32,000 nucleotides of DNA from Candidatus Saccharimonadota bacterium (GTDB taxonomy: Bacteria; Patescibacteriota; Gracilibacteria; UBA1369; 2-02-FULL-48-14). The notes beneath the pieces are model-generated. The model was not told the DNA's origin. It ran no database searches and saw nothing but the letters and a program-made list of their open reading frames with translations. Both the position numbers and the translations under genes were made by a program. Positions 16,111 through 26,037 of the stretch are shown in pieces. Numbering within the stretch: the stretch's first letter is position 1; every line of letters starts with the position of its first letter. Location of the stretch: positions 600,001 through 632,000 of the forward strand of contig OZ246396.1 of the NCBI GenBank assembly GCA_965230905.1, given 5' to 3'.

Positions 16111-17622
16111 ATGTTTATGGCTAAAGAATCTTTACATCAATTCCTGGCTCAAATCGAGACCGCGCTCACGCAGTCCGAAGCGGCTACGGAGGCCGGCGGA
16201 AACCACGGAGTAATTCAGTCTTATAAAGACGGAGTTATCTGGGTTAAGGGTCTCTCTAATTTGAAAATGAATGAGGTGGTAAAAATCGAAGGTGTGGAAG
16301 CGGAAGCGCTGGTGATGAACCTTGAAAAAGACTCTGCGTATGCTCTCGTACTACAAGCGGATCGTGGAGTTCGTGAAGGACTCTTTGTTCGCGCGACTGG
16401 ACAATACATGTCTATTCCCGTGAGTGAAGAACTCCTCGGACGTACGGTGGATCCCCTCGGGGCTCCGCTCGATGGACAAGCGGCTATTAAGGGAGGCACT
16501 CGTATGCCTCATGAAGCGGTGGCTCCGTCCGTAATGGTTCGAAAATCCGTGCACCAACCGGTGCAGACAGGAATCGTGGCCATCGATGCACTTATCCCAG
16601 TAGGACGTGGACAACGTGAACTTATTATCGGAGATCGCCAAACAGGTAAGACGACCATCGCTATCGACACCATCATCAATCAGAAAACTGAAAACATGAT
16701 CTGTGTCTACGTGGCGATTGGACAACGTCAGTCTCGTACGGCGCAAGTGATCGAAACTTTGAAGAAACACGGAGCTATGGACTACACCATTGTGGTGTCT
16801 GCTTCCGCTTCGTCTTCGGCCGTTATGCAATACTTGGCGCCTTACGCCGGATGCGCGGTGGGAGAATATTTCATGGCGAAAGGAAAAGATGTGCTCGTGA
16901 TTTACGATGATCTTTCTAAGCACGCCGTGGCTTACCGTGAAATGTCCCTGCTGCTCCGCCGTCCACCAGGACGTGAGGCGTATCCAGGAGACGTGTTTTA
17001 TCTCCACTCTCGTTTGCTCGAACGTGCAGCGAAACTCAACGATGAAAACGGGGGAGGAAGTTTGACTGCATTGCCTATTATTGAAACGCAAGCAGCGGAT
17101 ATTTCTGCCTACATTCCTACGAACGTAATTTCCATCACCGATGGACAAATCTTCTTGGAACCACAGCTCTTCAACAAAGGTATTCGTCCTGCGATCAACG
17201 TAGGTACATCCGTATCTCGTGTGGGAGGATCGGCACAAACCAAGATCATGAAGAAGGTATCTGGATCTGCAAAACTCGACCTCGCGCAGTACTACGAATT
17301 GGAAGCGTTCTCTCAGTTTGCTTCTGAACTCGACGCTACGACTAAGGCTCAGCTCACTCGTGGTAAACGTGTGGTGGAAGCACTCAAGCAAGGACAAAAC
17401 GCTCCATACAAACTCTGGCAAGAAGTGCTCGTGCTCTTCTGTGCGACCAAGGGTTACCTCGATAAAGTGGAAGCGGAAGACGTGGGCGCTCGTATGAAAT
17501 CTCTCTTTGCACTCGTGGAATCCAGCCACCAAGACTTGGTGAAGGACATCACGGCCAAGAAAGAAATGAGCCCAGAAATTGAAAGCGGCATCAAAGCCAT
17601 TGTAGAAAAATTCTTTAACTAG
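16111..17622 (+). CDS. atpA: F-type ATP synthase subunit alpha
   Basis: Walker A 'GDRQTGKTT', 'VIYDDLSKHA' and 'PGREAYPGDVFYLHSRLLERA'. The start is ambiguous (TTG 16096, ATG 16111 or ATG 16117). The ATG starts fit family N-terminal length better. Confidence 0.96.
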   Translation: MFMAKESLHQFLAQIETALTQSEAATEAGGNHGVIQSYKDGVIWVKGLSNLKMNEVVKIEGVEAEALVMNLEKDSAYALVLQADRGVREGLFVRATGQYMSIPVSEELLGRTVDPLGAPLDGQAAIKGGTRMPHEAVAPSVMVRKSVHQPVQTGIVAIDALIPVGRGQRELIIGDRQTGKTTIAIDTIINQKTENMICVYVAIGQRQSRTAQVIETLKKHGAMDYTIVVSASASSSAVMQYLAPYAGCAVGEYFMAKGKDVLVIYDDLSKHAVAYREMSLLLRRPPGREAYPGDVFYLHSRLLERAAKLNDENGGGSLTALPIIETQAADISAYIPTNVISITDGQIFLEPQLFNKGIRPAINVGTSVSRVGGSAQTKIMKKVSGSAKLDLAQYYELEAFSQFASELDATTKAQLTRGKRVVEALKQGQNAPYKLWQEVLVLFCATKGYLDKVEAEDVGARMKSLFALVESSHQDLVKDITAKKEMSPEIESGIKAIVEKFFN

Positions 17623-17634
17623 ACCCGCAGCTAT

Positions 17635-19988
<2,354 letters not shown>

Positions 19989-19993
19989 TTCCC

Positions 19994-20404
19994 ATGAGCG
20001 AATTCAACCTTATAATTCGGACGCCAGACCGCGATGTCTTTGAAGGCAAAGTCGGTTCACTGAGCTTCAATACTGAAGTGGGACGTGTGCAAATCTTGCC
20101 ACACCACGCTAATTTCACCACGACGCTTTTGTTCTCGCCGGTGAAGATTGAAGACCCTGTGGATAACCGCGATCAAACCTACTTGGCGCGTAATGGAATC
20201 TTCAGTTTTGATCACAAAAAGAACGAAGCACTGCTGCTTTGTTTGTACTGTGAAGAGCAGAGTGAAGTTTCTTACAAGACCACCGAAGAATATTTGACCT
20301 TCCTCCGCACCGAACTCGAAAAGGGGGACCTCAGCGATTTCCAGGTGCAGTACTTGAAAGGTGAACGCTTGGCGGTAGAAAAACAAATGAAGTTGGCGAA
20401 GTAG
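19994..20404 (+). CDS. atpC: F-type ATP synthase subunit epsilon
   Basis: 136 aa. N-terminal beta-sandwich-like 'LIIRTPDRDVFEGKV..ILPHHANFTT'. Operon position supports the call. Confidence 0.88.
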   Translation: MSEFNLIIRTPDRDVFEGKVGSLSFNTEVGRVQILPHHANFTTTLLFSPVKIEDPVDNRDQTYLARNGIFSFDHKKNEALLLCLYCEEQSEVSYKTTEEYLTFLRTELEKGDLSDFQVQYLKGERLAVEKQMKLAK

Positions 20405-20427
20405 AACCTTTGCAGTAAGCTTTTCTT

Positions 20428-21063
20428 ATGAAAAGTCGCTGGCCCACTATTCTCCTTGCTCTTTTAATACCGTCGATTTTGGTGGGCGTGCATTTTTATA
20501 GTGTTCGCAGCTGCGGTGGAGAGGCTCTGGATGGCACGGCCGTTTGGGTCCCACATTTGAATATGTGTGCGGCTTTGACGAGTGAAAGTGAGGATGCGTT
20601 GGTGTTGGATTTAGATACCATTTGCGGCAGTGAAGAGGGGGATTGCCAATATATTTATCGGTCGCCGGTAACGGGAGAGCCCTTGGTGCTCCCTGATTTT
20701 GTGAACGTTAATTTCACTCCCAATTCGTATCCGGTCACTCCGAGTTCAAATTTGAAAAAGCTCATTTATGTGCAGTTGAATGAGGCGGAGGCGCAAGTTC
20801 ATGTCTATGATTTAGTGAACGAACAAGACTACAAAGTGGCGAGCATTGATTTTGAAGCGAGTTATCTTTCTAGCTTCAATTGGGTTCAGGAGAACCAGTT
20901 TAGTTTTGTGGCTTTAAACTATAATGCGGCTGAGCCGGAAGATTTCACGGCCACGCGTTATGTGTATGAGTGGCACGACGAAATGTGGAGCCTCGTTTCA
21001 ATGGAACCCGTGGAGAGTGGGGAAGTGGAGTGCAACCCGGTTTATTGCGAGCTAGTTGGCTGA
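20428..21063 (+). CDS. Hypothetical secreted or membrane-anchored Cys-containing protein
   Basis: 211 aa with an N-terminal hydrophobic segment 'WPTILLALLIPSILVGV' and 7 Cys. It lies 23 nt after atpC on the same strand. Confidence 0.55.
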   Translation: MKSRWPTILLALLIPSILVGVHFYSVRSCGGEALDGTAVWVPHLNMCAALTSESEDALVLDLDTICGSEEGDCQYIYRSPVTGEPLVLPDFVNVNFTPNSYPVTPSSNLKKLIYVQLNEAEAQVHVYDLVNEQDYKVASIDFEASYLSSFNWVQENQFSFVALNYNAAEPEDFTATRYVYEWHDEMWSLVSMEPVESGEVECNPVYCELVG

Positions 21064-21098
21064 ATTATGCCTAAAAACGGGATTTGGCCTCCCCATAA

Positions 21099-21126
21099 TT
21101 GACAAATTCTGGCCGCCAGGTATACT
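21099..21126 (+). promoter_or_regulatory. Strong sigma70-type promoter TTGACA-16-TATACT ending 6 nt before the ATG at 21133 (leaderless geometry)
   Basis: Hexamers and spacing were read directly. The -35 is a perfect match and the -10 matches 5/6. Confidence 0.55.
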
Positions 21127-21132
21127 GGAAGT

Positions 21133-22284
21133 ATGCAAATCCCAAGATCTTATCAATCTCTACAAGATTATTTAGAGCCTAAAAAAGTTCTGGTTCTTTA
21201 TGGACCAAGACAAGTAGGCAAGACTACTCTTATTCGTGAGCTGGAGAGTGTTTTTAAGGGTAAGTCGCATTTTGCTACTGGAGACAATCTAGAATTGGCG
21301 GCATTGTTCGAATCAGAGGACTTCGAGAAAATTTTGGAGTATGGGAAAGGTTATGACTTATTAATCATTGATGAGGCTCAGCGGCTTCCTAAAGTAGGCC
21401 AGTGTTTAAAAATTTTAGCCGATTATTCCTCTCAGCCGCTTTCTATTGTTGTTACGGGCTCATCTTCTTTTGAACTTGCAGGTCAGATTGGGGAACCTCT
21501 CACGGGTCGAAAGCGCACCTTGATTCTCTACCCAATTTCTCAACATGAGTTGCTTACTCAAATGAACGCTTATCAAGTTCGTCAAGGTTTGGAAGAATAT
21601 TTAATTTATGGCTCTTATCCTCGTGTGATTACTGCTTCTTCTAATGTAGAGAAACAGCGAATTCTTGAGGAAATTACACTTTCCTATCTTTTTAAGGATG
21701 TTCTGGAGCTTGATGCTATTAAAAATTCAAAAGTTCTATTGGATCTTCTTAAGTTAATTGCTCTACAGATTGGTCAGGAAGTTTCCTTGTCAGAGCTTGG
21801 CCAGCAATTGAGCTTAGATCGGAAAACGGTTGCACGATATTTGGATATTCTAGAAAAGGCATTTGTCCTTTTCGAACTGCGTGGCTACAGTGGTAATTTG
21901 CGCAATGAGATCAGTCGTAAAAGTAAGTATTATTTCTTCGATGTTGGTGTGCGTAACGCCTTGATCTCTAACTTCAATCCAGCTGATTCGCGCAATGATT
22001 TTGGTCAACTGTGGGAGAATTTTGTTATTGTTGAGCGCTTAAAGTTTCGTCAATATACGGGACTTTCTTCGGGGATGTATTTCTGGAGAACTTATGAACA
22101 GCAAGAGGTGGATTTGGTGGAACAACGAGAAGGTCGTTTATTTGGTTATGAGTGTAAATGGTCTGATAAAAAGGGTAAAAAATCAAAACCGCCTAAGCTT
22201 TGGTTGCAGACTTATAAAGAATCTACTTACGAAGTCATTACTCCAGAAAATTATTTAGATTTTGTAGGTGCAGTGAAATCCTAG
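21133..22284 (+). CDS. AAA+ ATPase of the AAA_14/DUF4143 (COG1373) type, with a C-terminal nuclease-like module
   Basis: Walker A 'LYGPRQVGKTT', Walker B 'LLIIDEAQRLP', 'YFFDVGVRNAL', and the C-terminal 'EVDLVEQ..YECKW' (PD-(D/E)xK-like). GC is about 37-38% in sampled lines against about 50-55% in the flanks. Confidence 0.85.
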   Translation: MQIPRSYQSLQDYLEPKKVLVLYGPRQVGKTTLIRELESVFKGKSHFATGDNLELAALFESEDFEKILEYGKGYDLLIIDEAQRLPKVGQCLKILADYSSQPLSIVVTGSSSFELAGQIGEPLTGRKRTLILYPISQHELLTQMNAYQVRQGLEEYLIYGSYPRVITASSNVEKQRILEEITLSYLFKDVLELDAIKNSKVLLDLLKLIALQIGQEVSLSELGQQLSLDRKTVARYLDILEKAFVLFELRGYSGNLRNEISRKSKYYFFDVGVRNALISNFNPADSRNDFGQLWENFVIVERLKFRQYTGLSSGMYFWRTYEQQEVDLVEQREGRLFGYECKWSDKKGKKSKPPKLWLQTYKESTYEVITPENYLDFVGAVKS

Positions 22285-24572
22285 TTGAAATAGCCGTCGT
22301 AGTCGTTCACGCGTGGGTCGAGGATGAGGATTTTTTTGCCGTGCCAGGCGTTGCCGAGGAAGTGGCTGAGCAAGGTTTCGTAGCGGAGGCTGGTGTGGGG
22401 CAGCGTGAACTCTTTGTAGGGGTCTTTTAGGCGCGCGGTGCGGGCTTTTTGAATAGGATCTTCGGGGCTGCCGAATGGCAGGCGGTGCATAGCAAGGAAG
22501 TTTAGGGCGATGCCTTCGTTCATAAGGAAATTCATGAAATCTTCATTGCCCACGAAGACATTTTTGCCGTCGGTTTTGCCGGAAAGTTTGGCGATTTTTC
22601 CCATGCCTCCGCCCATGTTTTGCACCAGCAATTTGAGGCCCAGTTCTTTGGTGACTTTGCCAAGTTTGTAGAAAAATTGTTCCGCGGTGGCCATGGAATT
22701 GGCGATGAGCATGGCGTTGCCTTCTGCCTTCGGTAGCCAGCTTTTTAGCTCGTTTACCACGTCTTCAATGTTCTGCGGATCGTTGGGGCTGCGGATGGTT
22801 TTTTCAGGGTAATACAGGGGCAGAGGTAGGGCTTCCGCGGCGGACTGAGTTTGAATGTCTGCGGGCAAGCCCAGCTCCTGTTTTAGAAAAGCAAAATCGT
22901 CTTTTAAATTTCCGTGGTGAGAAAAAAGGTGCAGTTGGCTGACGCCGTGCCACACACGTTCCACAAAGATTTCATGCGCATTTTTTGGGAAGGCATGCAC
23001 GATGGGTTGAAGTTCCTTGCTGAGCGTTATCCAAAGTACGGGAGCATTGAGCTGAAGGATTTTGGTGAGGTACAAAAGGTAGCGGCTGAACTCTTCCAGT
23101 GCGGTGCTTTTTTTGCAGTGGTCACCGAGCGCGGACACCATGCTTTCAATAGAATCGGCGGAGCCTTTTACCTTGTTCCATTCGGTGGTATTGAAGTGGT
23201 GGGTTTCGAGCACCAGCGCGTGGTGCGGGTCGTGCATATTGCCGTGCGTTTGCATCACCATACCCAGGAATCCAAACAAAATAGAGACTTTGGTGGCGAG
23301 GGAATCGATGACTTCGCTTGCAGCAGGATTTTCGTTTTTGATTCGGTTCAAATCTTGGATGAAACGGCTTTCGCTGAGGCGGATGTGCCACGCGTCTTCT
23401 ATGCCGATCACGAGCTGTTCGGTTTCGCCCACAATCACCACGGCCGGTAGGCTCAGTAGGGGATCTTTGCGGCTGCGGTCTTTAAGGAAATAATGCTGGC
23501 CCACCGCCATAACTTTTTTTTCTTGGCTGGATTTTTGGGCCTTGGCAAAGAAGGATTCGGGTGCGCCGCTTTCTTGGCAGCAGAGGTCGAACCACACTTC
23601 TTTTTCTTCCTTAATGAAGCGTAGTTCGGCTTTGTCACCGGTCTGGGTTTCCAGGAGCCAGAGCTGCATTTTCACGGCGATCATGGTCTCGGTGCCGGTC
23701 AGACGTTCCTTGCTAATAAAAAGGCCAAATCGGTTCTCGTCCAAGTATGAATTGGGGTGTTTTAAAATGCCCAAATCTTTGTGCGCGGGCAGGTGCTCGG
23801 GCACGTCTACCACGAGCAAAGATTTCTCGTCACGGCTGAGCGCGTAGTTGAGTAAATCCTGGTAAGTGTGGCTGCGTTCTTCCAGTAAAAAAGGCGTCTT
23901 CAAGGTTGCCGCGAGCTCGGCTAAATTTGCGTGTTCTTCGGAGTGTGCAGAATTTTCCACGGCCTCGGTTTCAGTGAAACGCTTTCCCTTTTTTCCATCG
24001 TCCAGCAGGGGGAGAATATGCTCGGCCCAAGCCCAGTCACTTTTTTCCAGCAGCGGACGAATGGCGGCTTTTTCTTTTGCGGAAAGCGCACGCACGTGGT
24101 CACTGATTTCCCAAAAAAGTTCAATATTTGCGAGCACGTCGTCCAGGGCGCGGTGGGCGCTGACTTGCCGGATGCCGAGTTTTTGACAGAGCACTTCCAA
24201 ACTGTAACTCGTCTCTTTGGCCATGAAGGCTTGGGCGAGTTGGCAGGAGTCTAGCATTTGGTTTGGCACGCCGAATCCTTTGGCATTCAGGAAGCCAACG
24301 TCGAAGGGAATGAAGTGTCCCATGATGGGGTAGGCGCCGAGTTTTTCCAGAATTTTTTCTTTCACTTCGTGGAGGGCAGGAGCGTCTTTTACCATCTCGT
24401 TGGTGATGCCGGTGAGGTGGGTTGTGAACGCGGGAATGGAAATGGCGGGCTTCACAAGCGTGGACCATTGATCGAGGATTTTTTCGCGATCAAACAAAAC
24501 GATGGCCACTTCAATAATATGGTCGTCTTGAGAGCTGAGGCCGGTGGTTTCGAGGTCGAGACAAATGAACAT
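22281..24572 (-). CDS. DnaQ-like DEDDh 3'-5' exonuclease domain fused to a DinG-like helicase scaffold with degenerate ATPase motifs
   Basis: Exo I 'CLDLETTG', Exo II 'GHFIPFDVGFL', Exo III 'HRALDDVLA'. The C-terminus 'HRLPFGSPEDPI..DPYKEFTLPHTSLRYETLL..ILILDPRV' resembles the end of DinG. I found no G-x4-GK[ST]. The DEAH position reads 'GETE'. Confidence 0.8.
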   Translation of the reverse strand: MFICLDLETTGLSSQDDHIIEVAIVLFDREKILDQWSTLVKPAISIPAFTTHLTGITNEMVKDAPALHEVKEKILEKLGAYPIMGHFIPFDVGFLNAKGFGVPNQMLDSCQLAQAFMAKETSYSLEVLCQKLGIRQVSAHRALDDVLANIELFWEISDHVRALSAKEKAAIRPLLEKSDWAWAEHILPLLDDGKKGKRFTETEAVENSAHSEEHANLAELAATLKTPFLLEERSHTYQDLLNYALSRDEKSLLVVDVPEHLPAHKDLGILKHPNSYLDENRFGLFISKERLTGTETMIAVKMQLWLLETQTGDKAELRFIKEEKEVWFDLCCQESGAPESFFAKAQKSSQEKKVMAVGQHYFLKDRSRKDPLLSLPAVVIVGETEQLVIGIEDAWHIRLSESRFIQDLNRIKNENPAASEVIDSLATKVSILFGFLGMVMQTHGNMHDPHHALVLETHHFNTTEWNKVKGSADSIESMVSALGDHCKKSTALEEFSRYLLYLTKILQLNAPVLWITLSKELQPIVHAFPKNAHEIFVERVWHGVSQLHLFSHHGNLKDDFAFLKQELGLPADIQTQSAAEALPLPLYYPEKTIRSPNDPQNIEDVVNELKSWLPKAEGNAMLIANSMATAEQFFYKLGKVTKELGLKLLVQNMGGGMGKIAKLSGKTDGKNVFVGNEDFMNFLMNEGIALNFLAMHRLPFGSPEDPIQKARTARLKDPYKEFTLPHTSLRYETLLSHFLGNAWHGKKILILDPRVNDYDGYFN

Positions 24573-24578
24573 GGAGGG

Positions 24579-24587
24579 ATTGTATCA
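24579..24587 (-). promoter_or_regulatory. Extended -10 element TGATACAAT ending 6 nt before the ATG at 24572 (leaderless geometry)
   Basis: The reverse complement of 24579-24587 is TGATACAAT. The 6-nt gap, CCCTCC, contains no SD. Confidence 0.4.
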
Positions 24588-24636
24588 CCTCGTAGGTTTA
24601 TTCCCTAGACGAGAGAAAAAGGTCATTCAGATTCCT

Positions 24637-24668
24637 GGAGCGCTCCGGAAAAGTTCATGAACTTTTCC
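24637..24668. promoter_or_regulatory. Abutting perfect palindromes GGAGCGCTCC (10 bp) and GGAAAAGTTCATGAACTTTTCC (22 bp); candidate operator or hairpins
   Basis: Both are exactly self-complementary by direct reading. The 22-mer is centred about 85 bp upstream of the 24572 start. Confidence 0.4.
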
Positions 24669-24708
24669 TTGCTTCCTTTAGGTTTATGAATCTTCATGCC
24701 CTCTTCCT

Positions 24709-24814
24709 CTCATGGAATAATCCCACGAGTGAAACATAAAGTTTAGGAAAGAAAAGGACGAATCATGATGAGGCCTTTTCTGCTCCCGTTGAACGAGTGG
24801 GATTATTCCATGAG
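24709..24814. repeat. 17-bp perfect inverted repeat (CTCATGGAATAATCCCA / TGGGATTATTCCATGAG) flanking a 72-nt spacer
   Basis: The arms at 24709-24725 and 24798-24814 are exact reverse complements. The right arm contains the last three codons and the stop of the SLH gene. Confidence 0.9.
24750..24781 (-). terminator. Possible intrinsic terminator of the SLH-protein gene
   Basis: An 8-bp stem AGAAAAGG/CCTTTTCT with a 16-nt loop, followed on the minus strand by the T-rich run TTCCTAAACTTTATGTTT. The stem is AT-rich, so support is weak. Confidence 0.3.
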
Positions 24815-26008
24815 TTCCACTACAATCTTACAAACTTCGGCGCGGGTGATGCTTTGATTGCCGCGGAAGGTGCCGTCGGTGTAGCCGCCGATCAGGCCGG
24901 AACTTTTGGCGTAAGCGGTGTACTTGGCAAACCAGTCGGCCACGGTGTCTACGTCGGAAAAGTTGGGGACTACAGAAGGGAAGTCGCTGATACCGCCGGC
25001 CACCAAAATGATTTTAAGGGCTTCCGCGCGGGTCACTTCGTTGTTGGGGCGGAAGGTGTTGTCGGAGTAACCGGTCACGATTCCCAGGCTGGCTGCGGCG
25101 GTGTCTACGTAATCGATGTACCATCCACTTCGATCGACATCGGAGAAACTGGAAATTTCTTCAATTCCCAAGGGGTGGTCAAAGCCGAGCAGAGCGATTT
25201 TTACAATTTGCGCGCGCGTGATCTTGTCGTCCGGGCCAAAGCGGCCGTCTCCGTAACCGGAAATCACATCGTCGTTGTAGAGCTGGTTTATATAGTCCTT
25301 GGCCCAGTGGCTTTCAATGTCGGTGAGCGGTTCTTTATCCTCTTCGGTTGAACTTTCGTCGGCTTCTCCGCCGCCTGTAACATAGACTTTTACACCCGAG
25401 CTCACGTTGCCGGCCTTGTCTTGTATAGAAATGCTGAAAGTGTCTTTTTCACCGTCTCCGGTCAGCTCTACTTCCACAGAAAAACTTCCGTCGCTGTCCA
25501 CTGTTTCTTCGCTGTCTTCACCGTTCACCAGCACATGTCCTTTGGCTTCGCCGCTTCCTTCAATGGTGTAAGTGCTGTCCGTGGTTTCCACGTCAGTTTC
25601 CTCCAGGTCCGGGGCGTCTGGGGCGGTGTGGTCTTCACCCGTGCTCGCTTCGTACGCTTGGGTTACTTCGGCACCTTCCACGATCACCACTTCAATCGAC
25701 TCGCTGGGATCAGCACCTGCGGTGGCGGCCGTAATATAAAAAGTGTTGCTGCTTTCTTGCACTAGCGCAACTTCCACCGAGAACTTGCCCTGCGCGTCGG
25801 CGGTGGCCGTGGGGATTTCATAGCGTCCGCCCACCACCATAATCATAGCGCCGGGGTCGGCTTCACCGGTGAGGATGGCTTTGTTTGCGTCCACGGGAGA
25901 GAGCGGCTCGTCCACTTGGGGCGCGGCGGTTTCTTCGGCCAAAGCTAAAATTACAGGGAAGGAACTGCTCATCGCGAGCAAAAGAAAGGCGAAGAAAAAC
26001 TGTTTCAT
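24803..26008 (-). CDS. Secreted surface protein with a signal peptide, two Ig-like repeats, a short acidic linker and three SLH domains
   Basis: Signal 'MKQFFFAFLLLAMSSSFPVILALA'. Repeated '..G.FSVEV.L....' Ig-like modules. SLH repeats 'WAKDYI..ISGYGDGRFGP..TRAQIVKI', 'FSDV..GYSDNTFRP..TRAEALKI' and 'FSDV..GYTDGTFRG..TRAEVCKI'. Confidence 0.87.
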   Translation of the reverse strand: MKQFFFAFLLLAMSSSFPVILALAEETAAPQVDEPLSPVDANKAILTGEADPGAMIMVVGGRYEIPTATADAQGKFSVEVALVQESSNTFYITAATAGADPSESIEVVIVEGAEVTQAYEASTGEDHTAPDAPDLEETDVETTDSTYTIEGSGEAKGHVLVNGEDSEETVDSDGSFSVEVELTGDGEKDTFSISIQDKAGNVSSGVKVYVTGGGEADESSTEEDKEPLTDIESHWAKDYINQLYNDDVISGYGDGRFGPDDKITRAQIVKIALLGFDHPLGIEEISSFSDVDRSGWYIDYVDTAAASLGIVTGYSDNTFRPNNEVTRAEALKIILVAGGISDFPSVVPNFSDVDTVADWFAKYTAYAKSSGLIGGYTDGTFRGNQSITRAEVCKIVVELME

Positions 26009-26037
26009 GAGCGTGGCGTGCTAATGCGGAGGCTATT

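Noticed and set aside
16351-17532. A 393-aa minus-strand ORF inside atpA
   Set aside because: It is an antisense shadow of a highly conserved gene. It has no recognisable motifs and an His/Arg/Ser-rich composition.
24797-25765. Plus-strand ORFs of 184 aa and 114 aa opposite the 401-aa SLH protein gene
   Set aside because: The minus-strand frame has a signal peptide, Ig-like repeats and three clear SLH repeats. The plus-strand ORFs are Gly/Val-rich shadows.
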